Shown one piece after another: positions 26,381 to 36,694 of a DNA stretch of 64,000 nucleotides. Position 1 is the stretch's first letter. Each line of letters starts with the position of its first letter. The stretch spans positions 71,374 to 135,373 of the forward strand of contig JAWLHK010000008.1 of the NCBI GenBank assembly GCA_041690355.1, in the 5' to 3' direction. The notes under the pieces are model-generated. The model ran no database searches, was not told where the DNA came from, and saw only the letters and a list, made by a program, of their open reading frames with translations. Position numbers and translations under genes: made by a program. This DNA is from a bacterium (lineage in GTDB: Bacteria; J088; JAWLBW01).

Positions 26381-27019
26381 TCAGCTCGGCCCGCCCCAGT
26401 CGCCTGCATCGGTGCGGCCCGGGCCCTGATCGGGACGGCGCTCCGATTCCGGCGGCACGTGACCCGGGTGCTCCCGTTCCCAGTCGGGTGGAATCGCGCC
26501 GGCCCGCCGCTGCCGGGGCTGCTCCTGCGGATGCGTGCGCACGTCGCGCGTATCCACGCCCACCCCTTCGACATAGACCAGCTCGCCGCCGAGCCAGCCG
26601 CTGACCGTGAGCAGCCCCACGCCGATGAGCGAAAGGGCGACCGCGGCCCAGAGCGACGTTCCCGTGAGCGGAACCTCGGGCGAGATGGAAAATCCGCCGG
26701 TCGCATTGGAACGGTAGACGAAGTTGATGAGAAACAGGCCCCAGATGGCCAGGTTGAGCAGGCCGTGGTTGCGTCCGATCTTGCGGGCGCGGGTCTTGCG
26801 CCGGATGGTGAACCAGTCGGCCGCGCCGGCAATCGCCGCCAGCAGGCCGAAGATCAATCCCAGACCGATGGCAAGGTACGCGACCTCGTACCAGAACGTT
26901 GCTCCTGTGACCGCGTAGGCCACGTCGCCCACGAGTCCACCAATCCACAGGACGATCGGAAACGACACGATCATCGGATGGATGGGATGCCCTGCAATCT
27001 GTAGTCCACTCGAAGCCAT
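26381..27019 (-). CDS. DUF2231-like membrane protein
   Basis: GHPIHPMIVSFPI, AGAADW, HGLLN, GWLGGELVY; RBS GAGGAGG. Confidence 0.85.
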   Translation of the reverse strand: MASSGLQIAGHPIHPMIVSFPIVLWIGGLVGDVAYAVTGATFWYEVAYLAIGLGLIFGLLAAIAGAADWFTIRRKTRARKIGRNHGLLNLAIWGLFLINFVYRSNATGGFSISPEVPLTGTSLWAAVALSLIGVGLLTVSGWLGGELVYVEGVGVDTRDVRTHPQEQPRQRRAGAIPPDWEREHPGHVPPESERRPDQGPGRTDAGDWGGPS

Positions 27020-27168
27020 AAGTCCTCCTCGCTCCATCCTGCCTGGGATTGAGCGTCTGCAGAAGCCCGAGGGCTCGCCTGCCTGGCGCCGTCCCATTCA
27101 CCAGCCGCCCCCGGGTGTCGCCGCGCGACCCGTCGCGGTAGAATCGGGGTGGAACCGGCGGGAGGTGT

Positions 27169-27726
27169 ATGGCGCGGGAGTGCTGGATAGCCGTTCGCGG
27201 GAATGTGCGGGAGGGGGCAGTGGATCTGCTCTGGCGCTACGGGCTCAACGTGCGCCAGCAGCGCCATCTGCCCGTCGACGGCGATCCGCTGCGGCCGGTG
27301 CACGACATTTTCCCCCCCGCGAACCTGCGGGCCTTCTTCGGCTTTGCCGCCGGCGGCTGGCACGTTCTCTACGATCCGCGCCTGACGCTGTGGGAGCTGG
27401 CGTCGCTGCACGCGGCACTCTCTGCGGACCTGCGCACGGTGGTCGTCGTGGCGGTGGCCCGGTCATCGTCTTCCTCACTGGGTTACGGATGGTGGGAGGC
27501 CGGGCGCAGGGTGCGCTGGACGTTTCGCCAGGGGGCGGCGGCGGCCGAGTCGGTCGGCGATGAGGAACCGTGGGAGCGTACGCCGTCGGTCACCCCCGAA
27601 GACATTTCGGTCCGCCTGCAGCGCAGGTGGGGGATCGACCTGCAGGAGGCGCGCGCCGTCGACGTGCTGTACGTATCGGAAGAGGTCGAGCGCGCGCGCC
27701 GGGGACTTCTGAGGCGGTTCTGGTGA
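27169..27726 (+). CDS. Hypothetical protein
   Basis: 185-aa ORF with RBS GGAGG and an upstream TAGAAT; fills the gap between flanking genes; no family recognised. Confidence 0.6.
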   Translation: MARECWIAVRGNVREGAVDLLWRYGLNVRQQRHLPVDGDPLRPVHDIFPPANLRAFFGFAAGGWHVLYDPRLTLWELASLHAALSADLRTVVVVAVARSSSSSLGYGWWEAGRRVRWTFRQGAAAAESVGDEEPWERTPSVTPEDISVRLQRRWGIDLQEARAVDVLYVSEEVERARRGLLRRFW

Positions 27727-27733
27727 GCCCACG

Positions 27734-28013
27734 CAAATTTACGATTGACAATTGACGATTTACGATTTACAGGCAAGGGCGTGGGTATCCTTGCCGGTCA
27801 GCGCTTAGCGCTCAGTGCTTGGCGCTTCTCCCCCGTTCGCCCCGAGCTGACGGCGCGGAATAGAATGGAGCGCGACAGCGAGGGCGCGCACCCGGGTACC
27901 CCGTGCCCGTCTCGCCGTCGCCGTTCGCGCTGCTGCCGACCGTCGGCTCGACGCGAACGGAACCAGGCCTGCCGCGGTAGCCGATGACTGACGGCTGAGG
28001 ACTGACGACTGGT
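27734..28013 (-). repeat. Composite repeat: heptamer arrays plus a full REP/MITE-like element (27833-27960)
   Basis: atttacg/attgaca heptamers, gcgctta/gcgctca heptamers, an inverted copy of the 751-879 element, then gactgac heptamers. Confidence 0.8.
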
Positions 28014-28015
28014 CC

Positions 28016-28705
28016 CTACTGATTCTCGAAGATGCGCTCGTCGGCCAGGCCGACGCCGCGCAGGGCAGCATGAACGGCGTGCGTAATCTCGGGACGGCCG
28101 CAGACGAAGGCCGAGGTCCGCTCCGGATGCAGATCCAGATCGCCGAGGTGATCCTGGACGTAACCGCGCAGGCCGTTCCACTCCTCCTCCGCGCGGCTCA
28201 GCACGACGCGCACATCGATGCCCGCAGCTCGCCAGGTGTCGAACTCTTCCCGGAAGGCCAGGGAGGCCTCGTCGGCGGCGCCGTAGATCAGCGTGACCCG
28301 CGCATAGTCTGCCCGCGAGCGCAGCAGTTCGCGGATGAGCGCCCGCAGCGGCGCGATGCCGGTTCCCGCCGCGAGCAGCAACAGGTCGCGGCCGTGCTGC
28401 AGTTCGAGGGGATAGCCGGGACCGGTCGGTTCGCTGATGGAAAGGTAATCGCCGATGGCGACCCGCGCGAGCGCCTCGGTCTTCGGCTTGCCTGGTTCGA
28501 TGCGGATCAGGAAGGAAAGCTCGTTCTCGCGCGGCGCCGAGGCGATGCTGAAGTAACCGGGTTCGGTCTCGCGCGAAGCGAGCGTCACGTACTGGCCGAC
28601 GCGCGCATAGCGCTCCGTAATCGGGCTTCCCTGCGGGTCCACCGAAATGAGGCGCAAATTGGGCCCGACGTCGCGGATGTCACGCACGCGCAGCTGAAAG
28701 GTCAT
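28016..28705 (-). CDS. Ferredoxin-NADP reductase-like FAD/NAD-binding oxidoreductase
   Basis: GQYV, YFSIASAP, P.GPGY, LAAGTGIAPL, GYVQD, FVCG; ATGA overlap with the helicase stop. Confidence 0.85.
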   Translation of the reverse strand: MTFQLRVRDIRDVGPNLRLISVDPQGSPITERYARVGQYVTLASRETEPGYFSIASAPRENELSFLIRIEPGKPKTEALARVAIGDYLSISEPTGPGYPLELQHGRDLLLLAAGTGIAPLRALIRELLRSRADYARVTLIYGAADEASLAFREEFDTWRAAGIDVRVVLSRAEEEWNGLRGYVQDHLGDLDLHPERTSAFVCGRPEITHAVHAALRGVGLADERIFENQ

Positions 28706-30279
28706 TCGCTCTCGGCGCTGGTTTCCGGCGCCTTCTCGGCGGGCGCCGCGCCGGCTTCGCCGCCGCGCTTTCCTCCGCTGCCGCCACGCGATCGGCGGCG
28801 CGATCGGCGCCGTTTGCCCTGTTCTTCGCCGCCTTCCCGCCGCTCCCCTTCGGGGCGGCCGGCGGCGCGCTCACGCGGCGGTCCGCCCGCCGCTGCCTGC
28901 TGCGGCGCGGGGCGGCGTTCGCCGGCTTCGCCGGTTTCACGGGGTTCGCGGGCTTCGCGCGGAGGCCGATCTTCCCGGGGGCGATCGTCACGCGGGCGAT
29001 CGCCGCGCGGGCCGCGATCGGGCCTCCGGCCACGGTCGCCGCTCCGGCCACGCCCTCCACCATCCCGGCGGTCGCGGCCACCCGGGCCGCCGCGCCGATC
29101 ACTGAACTCGCGCCGCGGCGGGCGCGAATACGGCTTCTCGACGACTTCGGGCAGATCGTCGGCCCACTCCACCGGAATCTTCTGACCCAGGTATTTCTCG
29201 ACGGCCTCGATGCGGAAGGCGCTGTCTTCATCCACGAGGGCGAAGGCCTTGCCGGTGGCGCCGGCGCGGCCCGTGCGGCCGATGCGGTGGACGTAGTCTT
29301 CGGCGTCAAACGGAAGATCGTAGTTGAAGACGTGGCTCACGTCCTCGACGTGCAGCCCGCGCGAGGCGACGTCGGTGGCCACGAGAAACTGCAGGTGGCC
29401 TTCCATGAAGTCCTTCACGATCTTCAGGCGCTTCTTCTGGGGAATGTCGCCCGAGAGCACCCCCACCTGGTAACCCTGATCGGTGAGGCGGCGGGCGACC
29501 ATCTCGACGCCCCCCTTCGTGTTCGAGAAGAGGATGCTGCGTGAAGGCTTTTCGCGTTCGAGCAGGCGCAGGAGACTCAGGAACTTTTCCGAACCGCTGA
29601 CGTGGAACAGGGACTGAACGATCCCCTCGGCGGTCACCCGTTCGGGTTCCACCGAGACCTCGACCGGCATGTTCATGTGCTCGTAGGCGAGCTCCATGAC
29701 GTTGTAGCTGAGGGTGGCGCTGAAGAGCATGCTCTGGCGCTGATCGAACGGGGGCAGGCGGCGCAGGATGAAGCGGATGTCCTTGATGAACCCCATGTCG
29801 AACATGCGGTCGGCTTCGTCGACGACCACGATCTCGATGTTCGAGAGGATGAGGATCTTCTTGCGATAGTAGTCCATCAGCCGGCCGGGCGTCGCGATGA
29901 CGATGTCGGCGCCGGTGCGGATCTCGTCCTGCTGCTTCTGGTAGTCCATGCCGCCGAAGACCACCGTCATCGACAGGCCGGTATGGGCGCCCAGGGCTTC
30001 GGCGTCGCGGTGAATCTGCAGGGCGAGTTCGCGGGTGGGCGCGAGCACGAGCGCGCGCGGGAGGCCCGGTTTTTTCGAAGGGGTGCGCAGGAGGCGCGTG
30101 AAGATGGCCAGCAGAAAGGCGGCCGTTTTGCCGGTTCCGGTCTGGGCCTGGCCGGCAACGTCCTTGCCGTCGATGGCGGGCCGGAGAGAGAGTTCCTGAA
30201 TGGGGGTCGGCTGGGTGAAGCCGACTTCGCGGAGACCGGTGCGGACCTCTTCGGGGAGATCCAGCTCGTCAAAGGTCAT
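28702..30279 (-). CDS. DEAD-box RNA helicase (RhlB-like) with a long basic, disordered C-terminal tail
   Basis: Q motif, AQTGTGKT, PTRELA, TPGRL, DEAD, SAT, DVASRGL, HRIGRTGR. Confidence 0.95.
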   Translation of the reverse strand: MTFDELDLPEEVRTGLREVGFTQPTPIQELSLRPAIDGKDVAGQAQTGTGKTAAFLLAIFTRLLRTPSKKPGLPRALVLAPTRELALQIHRDAEALGAHTGLSMTVVFGGMDYQKQQDEIRTGADIVIATPGRLMDYYRKKILILSNIEIVVVDEADRMFDMGFIKDIRFILRRLPPFDQRQSMLFSATLSYNVMELAYEHMNMPVEVSVEPERVTAEGIVQSLFHVSGSEKFLSLLRLLEREKPSRSILFSNTKGGVEMVARRLTDQGYQVGVLSGDIPQKKRLKIVKDFMEGHLQFLVATDVASRGLHVEDVSHVFNYDLPFDAEDYVHRIGRTGRAGATGKAFALVDEDSAFRIEAVEKYLGQKIPVEWADDLPEVVEKPYSRPPRREFSDRRGGPGGRDRRDGGGRGRSGDRGRRPDRGPRGDRPRDDRPREDRPPREAREPRETGEAGERRPAPQQAAAGGPPRERAAGRPEGERREGGEEQGKRRRSRRRSRGGSGGKRGGEAGAAPAEKAPETSAESE

Positions 30280-30393
30280 ATTCGTATCGCTTGGTTCAAT
30301 GTTTCTTTTTCTGGTAATCGTACATTCTACTCGACGGCAGGCCGCGCCGCACACGATGGCCCCCGGTATCTTCATGGGCCCTCGCCTCGCGCG

Positions 30394-30627
30394 GCGGACG
30401 CAAAAAAATGGGACCCCCGATGTGAGGGTCCCCCTTCGATTCTCCCTGCCCAGAAAATCAGACGGCCGACTTTGGATGCGGCGTGATGCGCAGGCACGGC
30501 TTCAGCGCCTTCCACCCCTCGGGGAAGCGCTTTTTCGCTTCTTCGTCCGACAGCGCCGGCACGATGATGACGTCTTCGCCGTGCTGCCAGTTCACCGGGG
30601 TGGCCACGCTGGTTTCGCCGTCCGCTG
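30394..30627 (-). pseudogene. Displaced duplicate of the peroxiredoxin 3' end plus terminator
   Basis: About 94% identical to 37848-38082. Encodes [33 protein letters not shown]...KSAV with a 1-bp deletion near its 5' edge. Confidence 0.9.
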
Positions 30628-30791
30628 TACACCGACTCTCATCGCGCTTTGCATACGCCTGAAGAAGCGCCATGTGCGCGCTCGCGGGAATATTTCAGCG
30701 CCCTGCTTGCGAGGGCGCCGATGACACCGCCGCGTCATTTATGTCTCGCATCGGGACACGCGGACCCCCGGGCACCCGCTCCTCAAGCGGC

Positions 30792-30839
30792 TGTGATCGT
30801 TGTCACACGTTTGACGCGACGCAGCGCTGCTGTTACCCT
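30792..30839 (+). promoter_or_regulatory. CRP-type box plus sigma70 promoter of the giant repeat gene
   Basis: TGTGA-tcgttg-TCACA (30792-30807); TTGACG(30811)-17 bp-TACCCT(30834) with an extended TG. Confidence 0.65.
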
Positions 30840-30940
30840 TCTTGCTTCCTAAGATGAGTGGCGTGTTTCTCAGCGCTCGGGTAAACGAGCGCACCCCCGC
30901 CACATTTAAGACCTCGTCCTAAGAGTTCAGGAGCGTTGCC

Positions 30941-33900
30941 ATGGGCCGGAATCGACAGCCATCGGATGCCGAATACGTGCGTTTTTCATCTTCCCTGAGG
31001 GGCATTTCGATTTGGGCTCTGCCCTTAGTGCTGCTGGTAAGCCTTGTGCTTTCGGCAACACCAGCGCTTGCCGCGGATACCGACAGCGACGGCATGGACG
31101 ACGATTGGGAACTTCTCCATTTCGGCGACCTCAGCCGTGACGGATTCGGGGACGAAGATTTCGATGGTCTCACTGATCTCGATGAGTATTATGAGTTTAC
31201 CGATCCGAATAATCCCGACACCGACGGCGACGGACTGACCGACGGTGACGAGGTCCTCACGTATTTGACCAATCGGCTGATTGCCGACACCGACGGCGAC
31301 GGCTTGAACGACGGCGACGAAGTCAACACGTATCTGACCGACCCGCTCGATAACGATACCGACGGCGACGGCTTGTGGGACGGCGACGAAGTCAACACGT
31401 ATTCGACCAGTCCGCTGGTGGCCGATACCGATGGCGATGGCTTGAACGACGGGGCCGAGGTCAACACTTACGGTACAGATCCCACGCTCGCCGACACCGA
31501 AGGCGATGGCTTGAGCGACGGCGCCGAGGTCAACACTTACGGTACAGATCCCACGCTCGTCGACACCGACGGCGATGGCTTGGGCGACGGCGACGAAGTC
31601 AACACCTTTACGACCAACCCGCTTCTTGCCGACACCGACGGCGATGGCTTGGACGATGGCCTTGAAGTGGTGTTTTATAACACCGACCCGCTCGATGTTG
31701 ACACCGACAACGACAACCTCACCGATGGCGACGAAGTCAATGTCTACGGCTCCGACCCCCTGTCGGCCGATACCGACGGCGATGGTCTGAATGATGGCGC
31801 CGAAGTCAACCTCTACGGTTCGGACCTGACCCTTACCGATACGGATGGCGACGGTATGTCGGACAGCTATGAAGTGCAGTACGGCTTTGACCCGACGTTC
31901 GACGACGCGAGCGACGACTTCGACGGCGACGGCCTGACCAACGTGCAGGAATCCGTGGCCGGTACTGACCCACGCAAGGCCGATACCGATATCGACGGCC
32001 TGGACGATGGCGAAGAAGCAGCGGTGGGCATCGACGGGTACGTTACGAACCCCAACAACCCCGACACCGACGGCGACGGCGCCAGCGACTATGCCGAGTT
32101 TGTGGCCGGCACCGACCCGACCGATCCCAACAGCGGCGGTCTTGGCAGCAGCCTGGTCGATACCGATGCCGACGGACTTTCCGATGCCTTTGAGGACACC
32201 AACGGCAACGGAACCTACGAAGCCGCCGCCGACTTTGCCGACCTGACGACGAGCGACACCGACACGGACGGGTTGAGCGACTACCAGGAAGCCAACGTAT
32301 TCGGCACGAGCCCGAAGCTCGCCGACACCGACGGCGATACATTGAGCGACTATGCCGAAGTCTTCACCCACGGTACGAACCCGCTGGTGTCCGACACCGA
32401 CGGCGATGGCGTGAGCGACGGTGTCGAAATCGCCAACGGCACGAACCCGAAACTTGCAGACAGCGACTTCGATGGCCTGACTGACGGTCAGGAAGCTGGT
32501 CTGGGGACGAACCCCCTCGCGGCAGACAGCGACAATGGCGGCATTCCTGACGGCGAAGAAATCCGCCTCGGACTCGATCCGACGTTGGCCGCCGACGATG
32601 CGACGATGCTCGACAGAGACGGCGACGGGGTTCCCGATGCGGTCGAGCTTGTCGACGGAACCGATCCGCTCGACGCCGACAGCGACGGCGACGGCCTGAC
32701 CGACGGCGAAGAGAAGCAGCACGGGTCGAACCCGCTCTCCTCTGACACCGACGGTGACGGCCTGCGCGACGATCAGGAAGTGCGTGTCTACGCGACCTGG
32801 GTCACTGCCCCCGACAGCGACCTCGATACGCTGCTCGACGGCGTCGAGGTGCTGACCTACGGCACTGATCCGCTGCGTGCCGATACCGACGGTGACGGCA
32901 TTGCCGACGCCGAAGAAGTCGTGGCCGGCGCCGATGGCTACGTCACCGATCCGCTGGACAAGGATACGGACAAGGACGGCCTGAGCGATCTGGAAGAAAC
33001 CACCCTGGGCGCCGACGGCTACCTGACGAACCCGCTGAACGTCGACAGCGACGCCGGCGGCATCTGGGACGCCGAAGAAGCGCGCGACGGAACGAACCCG
33101 AATGATGTCGCGGATGACGTCATCGACAGCGACGGCGACGGGCTGACCGATTGGAATGAAGCCAACGTGCACGCCACGAATCCGCGCAACCCCGACTCCG
33201 ACGGCGACGGCCTGAACGACGCCCAGGAAATCTACGGGTACGGCTCGAACCCGAACGCCGGCGACACCGATGGCGACGGCCTGGGCGACTTCCAGGAAGT
33301 CACGGTCTACAACACCGACCCGACGCGCGCGGATACGGACAGCGACGCGCTGACCGACGACGAAGAAGTCATCCAGCTCGGCACGAATCCGGTCACGAAC
33401 GACACGGACAAGGACGGACTGCTCGACTACGCTGAAGTCGTCACGCACACGACCGATCCGAAGGCGGCCGACAGCGACGGCGACGGTCTGACCGACGGTG
33501 AAGAAGTGCTGACCTACGGCACCAATCCGCTCAGCGTCGACAGCGACAACGGCGGCGTGTGGGATGCCGATGAACTGCGTACGACGACGGCCCGCCCGGT
33601 GGCGACCGACCCGAACGATCCGAGCGACGATCCGATCGACTCGGACAACGACGGCCTCAGTGACTGGAACGAAGTCAACGTCCACAACACCAACCCGAAT
33701 GCGGCCGACAGCGACAACGACGGGCTGGCCGACGCCCGGGAAATCTACGGCTACGGCTCGAACCCGAACCTGGCCGACACCGACGGCGACGGCCTGAATG
33801 ATCATGACGAAGCGGTCGTCTACGGCACTGACCCGACGCTGGCGGATACGGACGGCGACACCCTGTCTGACTTCGTCGAACTGCGCACCCACGCCACCGA

Positions 33901-36694
33901 CCCGCTGCGCGTCGATACCGACAACGACGGCATCGCCGACGACGAAGAAGTCGTCGCGGGCGCCGATGGTTACGTCACTGATCCGCTCCGCAAGGACACG
34001 GATGGCGACGGTCTGCTCGACGGCGAAGAGGTCACGGCCGGTTCCGACGGCTACGTTACCGATCCCAATGCGGTCGACAGTGACGGCGACGGGCTGAGCG
34101 ACGGGCTGGAAGCGTCGCACGGCACGAATCCGAACGCGGCCGACAGCGACGGCGACGGGTTGGACGACCGTGCGGAACTGTACGTACACGGCACTGATCC
34201 GCTGAACGTGGATACGGACCGTGACGGCGCGACCGACTACGCGGAACTGCGCACGCTGCGCACGGATCCGCTCGCCCGTGACAGCGACGGCGACGGCGTG
34301 TGGGACTATGCCGAAACGGCGACGACGGCGACCAACCCGCTGCTGCCGGATACCGACGGCGACGGCCTGACCGACGGCGAGGAGACCGGACGCGACGGAA
34401 ACCCGAACGACTACACGCCGGGTATCGACACCAATCCGAACAACGTCGACACCGATGACGGCGGCGTCATCGACGGTCTTGAAGTCGAACTGTACGGCAC
34501 GAACCCGCTCGACGAGTCCGACGATCCGATCGACAGCGATCGGGACGGTCTCACCGACTGGGACGAGCCGAACGTCTACGGCACCGACCCCTTCGATCCC
34601 GACACCGATCACGATGGCCTCAAGGACGGCGTCGAGATTGCGCTCGGAACGAACCCACTCGCGCCGGATACCGACGGCGACGGCCTCATCGACACCGAAG
34701 AAGTGTATGCCCACAGCAGCGATCCGCTGGTGGCCGACACCGATGAAGACGGCCTCACCGACGGCGAAGAGATCTACACCTACGGCACGCTGGTGCGTGT
34801 GGCCGACAGCGACCGCGACGGCATCCTCGACGGCGACGAAGTGAATGTCCACAACACAGATCCGATGCGCGCCGACACGGACGGCGACCGTATCGGCGAT
34901 GGGCGTGAGCTCGAGCTGAAGACCAACCCGCTTCACGTCGACAGCGACGGCGACGGTGTCGAAGACGGTGACGAAGTATTCTTCGTGCTCACCGATCCGG
35001 CCAACCCCGACACCGACGGCGACCGGATCAGCGACGGCGAAGAACTGCGGCGCCGTACCGATCCGCTCGTGGCCGACAGCGACGGCGACGGCGACAGCGA
35101 CGGCAAGGAAGTCGCCCAGGGAACCGATCCGCTCGACAGCGATCGCGACGCAATTGCCGCGGGCGGCGGGGGCGGATGCGCCACGGCGCAGGGGGGCGAC
35201 GGGCTGCTGTGGCTCCTTCTTCCACTCGCGGTGTTCTGGCTGCGCAACCGCCAGGCTTCGCGCGGGCTCGCGGTCGTAACGGCGGCACTTCTGCTCTCGG
35301 CACAACCGGCCGCGGCGCAGCAGATCCACATCGGCGCACACGACAGCCATACCTTCCACCTCCGGGAAGATGCCGGCAAGTTCATCACGACGCAGGACAG
35401 CACCACGCTGCCCCAGTTCGGCCTGGTGGGCGGCGTCGGGGTGGACTACGCGGGCGATCTTCTCGTGGTGCGCGAGTTCACCAACGTGAAGCGTGGGGTG
35501 CTCGGCGACGTCTTCACGGCGACGCCGGCGCTCTCCTTCGGTCTGCTCGACTGGCTGCAGCTGAGCGCCGCGTTCCCCTACCACATGTATGTGGAATACA
35601 GCCGCCCCGACGTCGAGGCGTTCAAGACGAGCAACTATCCGGGCGACCTGCGGCTTGCGGCCAAGGCGCGCATTCTCGATCGCCGGGAAAAGCCGGTGGG
35701 CCTTGCGGCGCGATTTGCCGTGAACCCGCCGACGGGGCGTGAAGATCGGTACCTGGGCAACCGGGGCGAGGAGTACGTGCTCGACGCCATCGTCGATGCC
35801 GATATCGGCGGCCGGCTCTACCTGGGCGCCAACATCGGATACAACCTGCGTCCGGCCTTTGAGGTGCCGGAATACGTGATCGACGATCAGCTGACCTATG
35901 CGGCGGCCGCGAACTTCGCGTTCACCGAGTCGCTCGAATTCATCGCCGACATCTACGGAAGCACGCCGGTGAATCATTTTTTCGACGGCACGTCCGGCAA
36001 TCCGCTCGAGGGCACCCTGGGCCTGCGCGGTTACTTTGACAGCGGCTACATTCTCTCGGCCGGCGTCGGCCGCGGCTTGACCTCGGGCCTCGGCGCACCG
36101 CCGTGGAGGGTTTTCGCCTCGCTGCAGTTCCAGTATCCGGTCAGCATCCGCGACCGCGACTCCGACGGCATTCTCGACGGCGACGACCAGTGTCCGAGCA
36201 GCCCCGAAGACATCGACGGCTTCGAAGACAACGACGGCTGCCCCGATCCGGACCACGATGGCGACGGCATCCCCAACGAATCCGACGTCTGCCCCATGCA
36301 GGCTGAAGACATGGACGGCTTCGAAGATCAGGACGGCTGCCCCGATGTCGACAACGACAAGGACGGCATCTTTGACGCCGACGACAAGTGCCCGCTCGAG
36401 GCCGAGACGGTCAACGGGTTCGAGGATGAGGACGGCTGCCCCGACGTGGTCGAAAGCAAGGTGACGGGCAAGGTCGTCGATGCGGCGACGGAGGCGCCCC
36501 TCTCGGGCTCGCTGCGCACCGAGCCGTCGGATCAGGAGCTTTCGTTTACCGAGGGCACCTTCACGGTGGCGCTCCCCGAACCGGGCGTGCACCAGTTCCA
36601 CATCCGGGTCGACGGGTACCGCGAGCAGACTGTGCGCTACCGCATCGGACCCGGGCAGTCGCTCAACATCAGCGTTCGCATGGAGCGTGAGTAA
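30941..36694 (+). CDS. Giant secreted Ca-binding-type repeat protein (bacterial TSP3-like) with internal MYXO-CTERM-like segment, outer-membrane beta-barrel, Cys-TSP3 repeats and a C-terminal beta-sandwich
   Basis: Signal peptide ending PALA; ~56 DxDxDGxxDxxE repeats (manual count); [22 protein letters not shown]; second signal-like [19 protein letters not shown]; barrel strands; DxDGxxDxxDxCP/EDxDGFEDxDGCP repeats; [10 protein letters not shown]. Confidence 0.85.
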   Translation: MGRNRQPSDAEYVRFSSSLRGISIWALPLVLLVSLVLSATPALAADTDSDGMDDDWELLHFGDLSRDGFGDEDFDGLTDLDEYYEFTDPNNPDTDGDGLTDGDEVLTYLTNRLIADTDGDGLNDGDEVNTYLTDPLDNDTDGDGLWDGDEVNTYSTSPLVADTDGDGLNDGAEVNTYGTDPTLADTEGDGLSDGAEVNTYGTDPTLVDTDGDGLGDGDEVNTFTTNPLLADTDGDGLDDGLEVVFYNTDPLDVDTDNDNLTDGDEVNVYGSDPLSADTDGDGLNDGAEVNLYGSDLTLTDTDGDGMSDSYEVQYGFDPTFDDASDDFDGDGLTNVQESVAGTDPRKADTDIDGLDDGEEAAVGIDGYVTNPNNPDTDGDGASDYAEFVAGTDPTDPNSGGLGSSLVDTDADGLSDAFEDTNGNGTYEAAADFADLTTSDTDTDGLSDYQEANVFGTSPKLADTDGDTLSDYAEVFTHGTNPLVSDTDGDGVSDGVEIANGTNPKLADSDFDGLTDGQEAGLGTNPLAADSDNGGIPDGEEIRLGLDPTLAADDATMLDRDGDGVPDAVELVDGTDPLDADSDGDGLTDGEEKQHGSNPLSSDTDGDGLRDDQEVRVYATWVTAPDSDLDTLLDGVEVLTYGTDPLRADTDGDGIADAEEVVAGADGYVTDPLDKDTDKDGLSDLEETTLGADGYLTNPLNVDSDAGGIWDAEEARDGTNPNDVADDVIDSDGDGLTDWNEANVHATNPRNPDSDGDGLNDAQEIYGYGSNPNAGDTDGDGLGDFQEVTVYNTDPTRADTDSDALTDDEEVIQLGTNPVTNDTDKDGLLDYAEVVTHTTDPKAADSDGDGLTDGEEVLTYGTNPLSVDSDNGGVWDADELRTTTARPVATDPNDPSDDPIDSDNDGLSDWNEVNVHNTNPNAADSDNDGLADAREIYGYGSNPNLADTDGDGLNDHDEAVVYGTDPTLADTDGDTLSDFVELRTHATDPLRVDTDNDGIADDEEVVAGADGYVTDPLRKDTDGDGLLDGEEVTAGSDGYVTDPNAVDSDGDGLSDGLEASHGTNPNAADSDGDGLDDRAELYVHGTDPLNVDTDRDGATDYAELRTLRTDPLARDSDGDGVWDYAETATTATNPLLPDTDGDGLTDGEETGRDGNPNDYTPGIDTNPNNVDTDDGGVIDGLEVELYGTNPLDESDDPIDSDRDGLTDWDEPNVYGTDPFDPDTDHDGLKDGVEIALGTNPLAPDTDGDGLIDTEEVYAHSSDPLVADTDEDGLTDGEEIYTYGTLVRVADSDRDGILDGDEVNVHNTDPMRADTDGDRIGDGRELELKTNPLHVDSDGDGVEDGDEVFFVLTDPANPDTDGDRISDGEELRRRTDPLVADSDGDGDSDGKEVAQGTDPLDSDRDAIAAGGGGGCATAQGGDGLLWLLLPLAVFWLRNRQASRGLAVVTAALLLSAQPAAAQQIHIGAHDSHTFHLREDAGKFITTQDSTTLPQFGLVGGVGVDYAGDLLVVREFTNVKRGVLGDVFTATPALSFGLLDWLQLSAAFPYHMYVEYSRPDVEAFKTSNYPGDLRLAAKARILDRREKPVGLAARFAVNPPTGREDRYLGNRGEEYVLDAIVDADIGGRLYLGANIGYNLRPAFEVPEYVIDDQLTYAAAANFAFTESLEFIADIYGSTPVNHFFDGTSGNPLEGTLGLRGYFDSGYILSAGVGRGLTSGLGAPPWRVFASLQFQYPVSIRDRDSDGILDGDDQCPSSPEDIDGFEDNDGCPDPDHDGDGIPNESDVCPMQAEDMDGFEDQDGCPDVDNDKDGIFDADDKCPLEAETVNGFEDEDGCPDVVESKVTGKVVDAATEAPLSGSLRTEPSDQELSFTEGTFTVALPEPGVHQFHIRVDGYREQTVRYRIGPGQSLNISVRMERE

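Noticed and set aside
30394-30627. DGR template/variable repeat pair with the prx 3' end
   Set aside because: Differences are not adenine-specific and are mostly synonymous; no reverse transcriptase in the window.
30458-30673. 71-aa ORF as a functional small gene
   Set aside because: It is the displaced prx tail read in from unrelated sequence through a frameshift and lacks the catalytic Cys motif.
31025-36601. 1858-aa antisense ORF
   Set aside because: Shadow of the repeat gene: GAC/GGC/ACC codons read as V/A/G on the other strand and rarely give stops. No domain signal.
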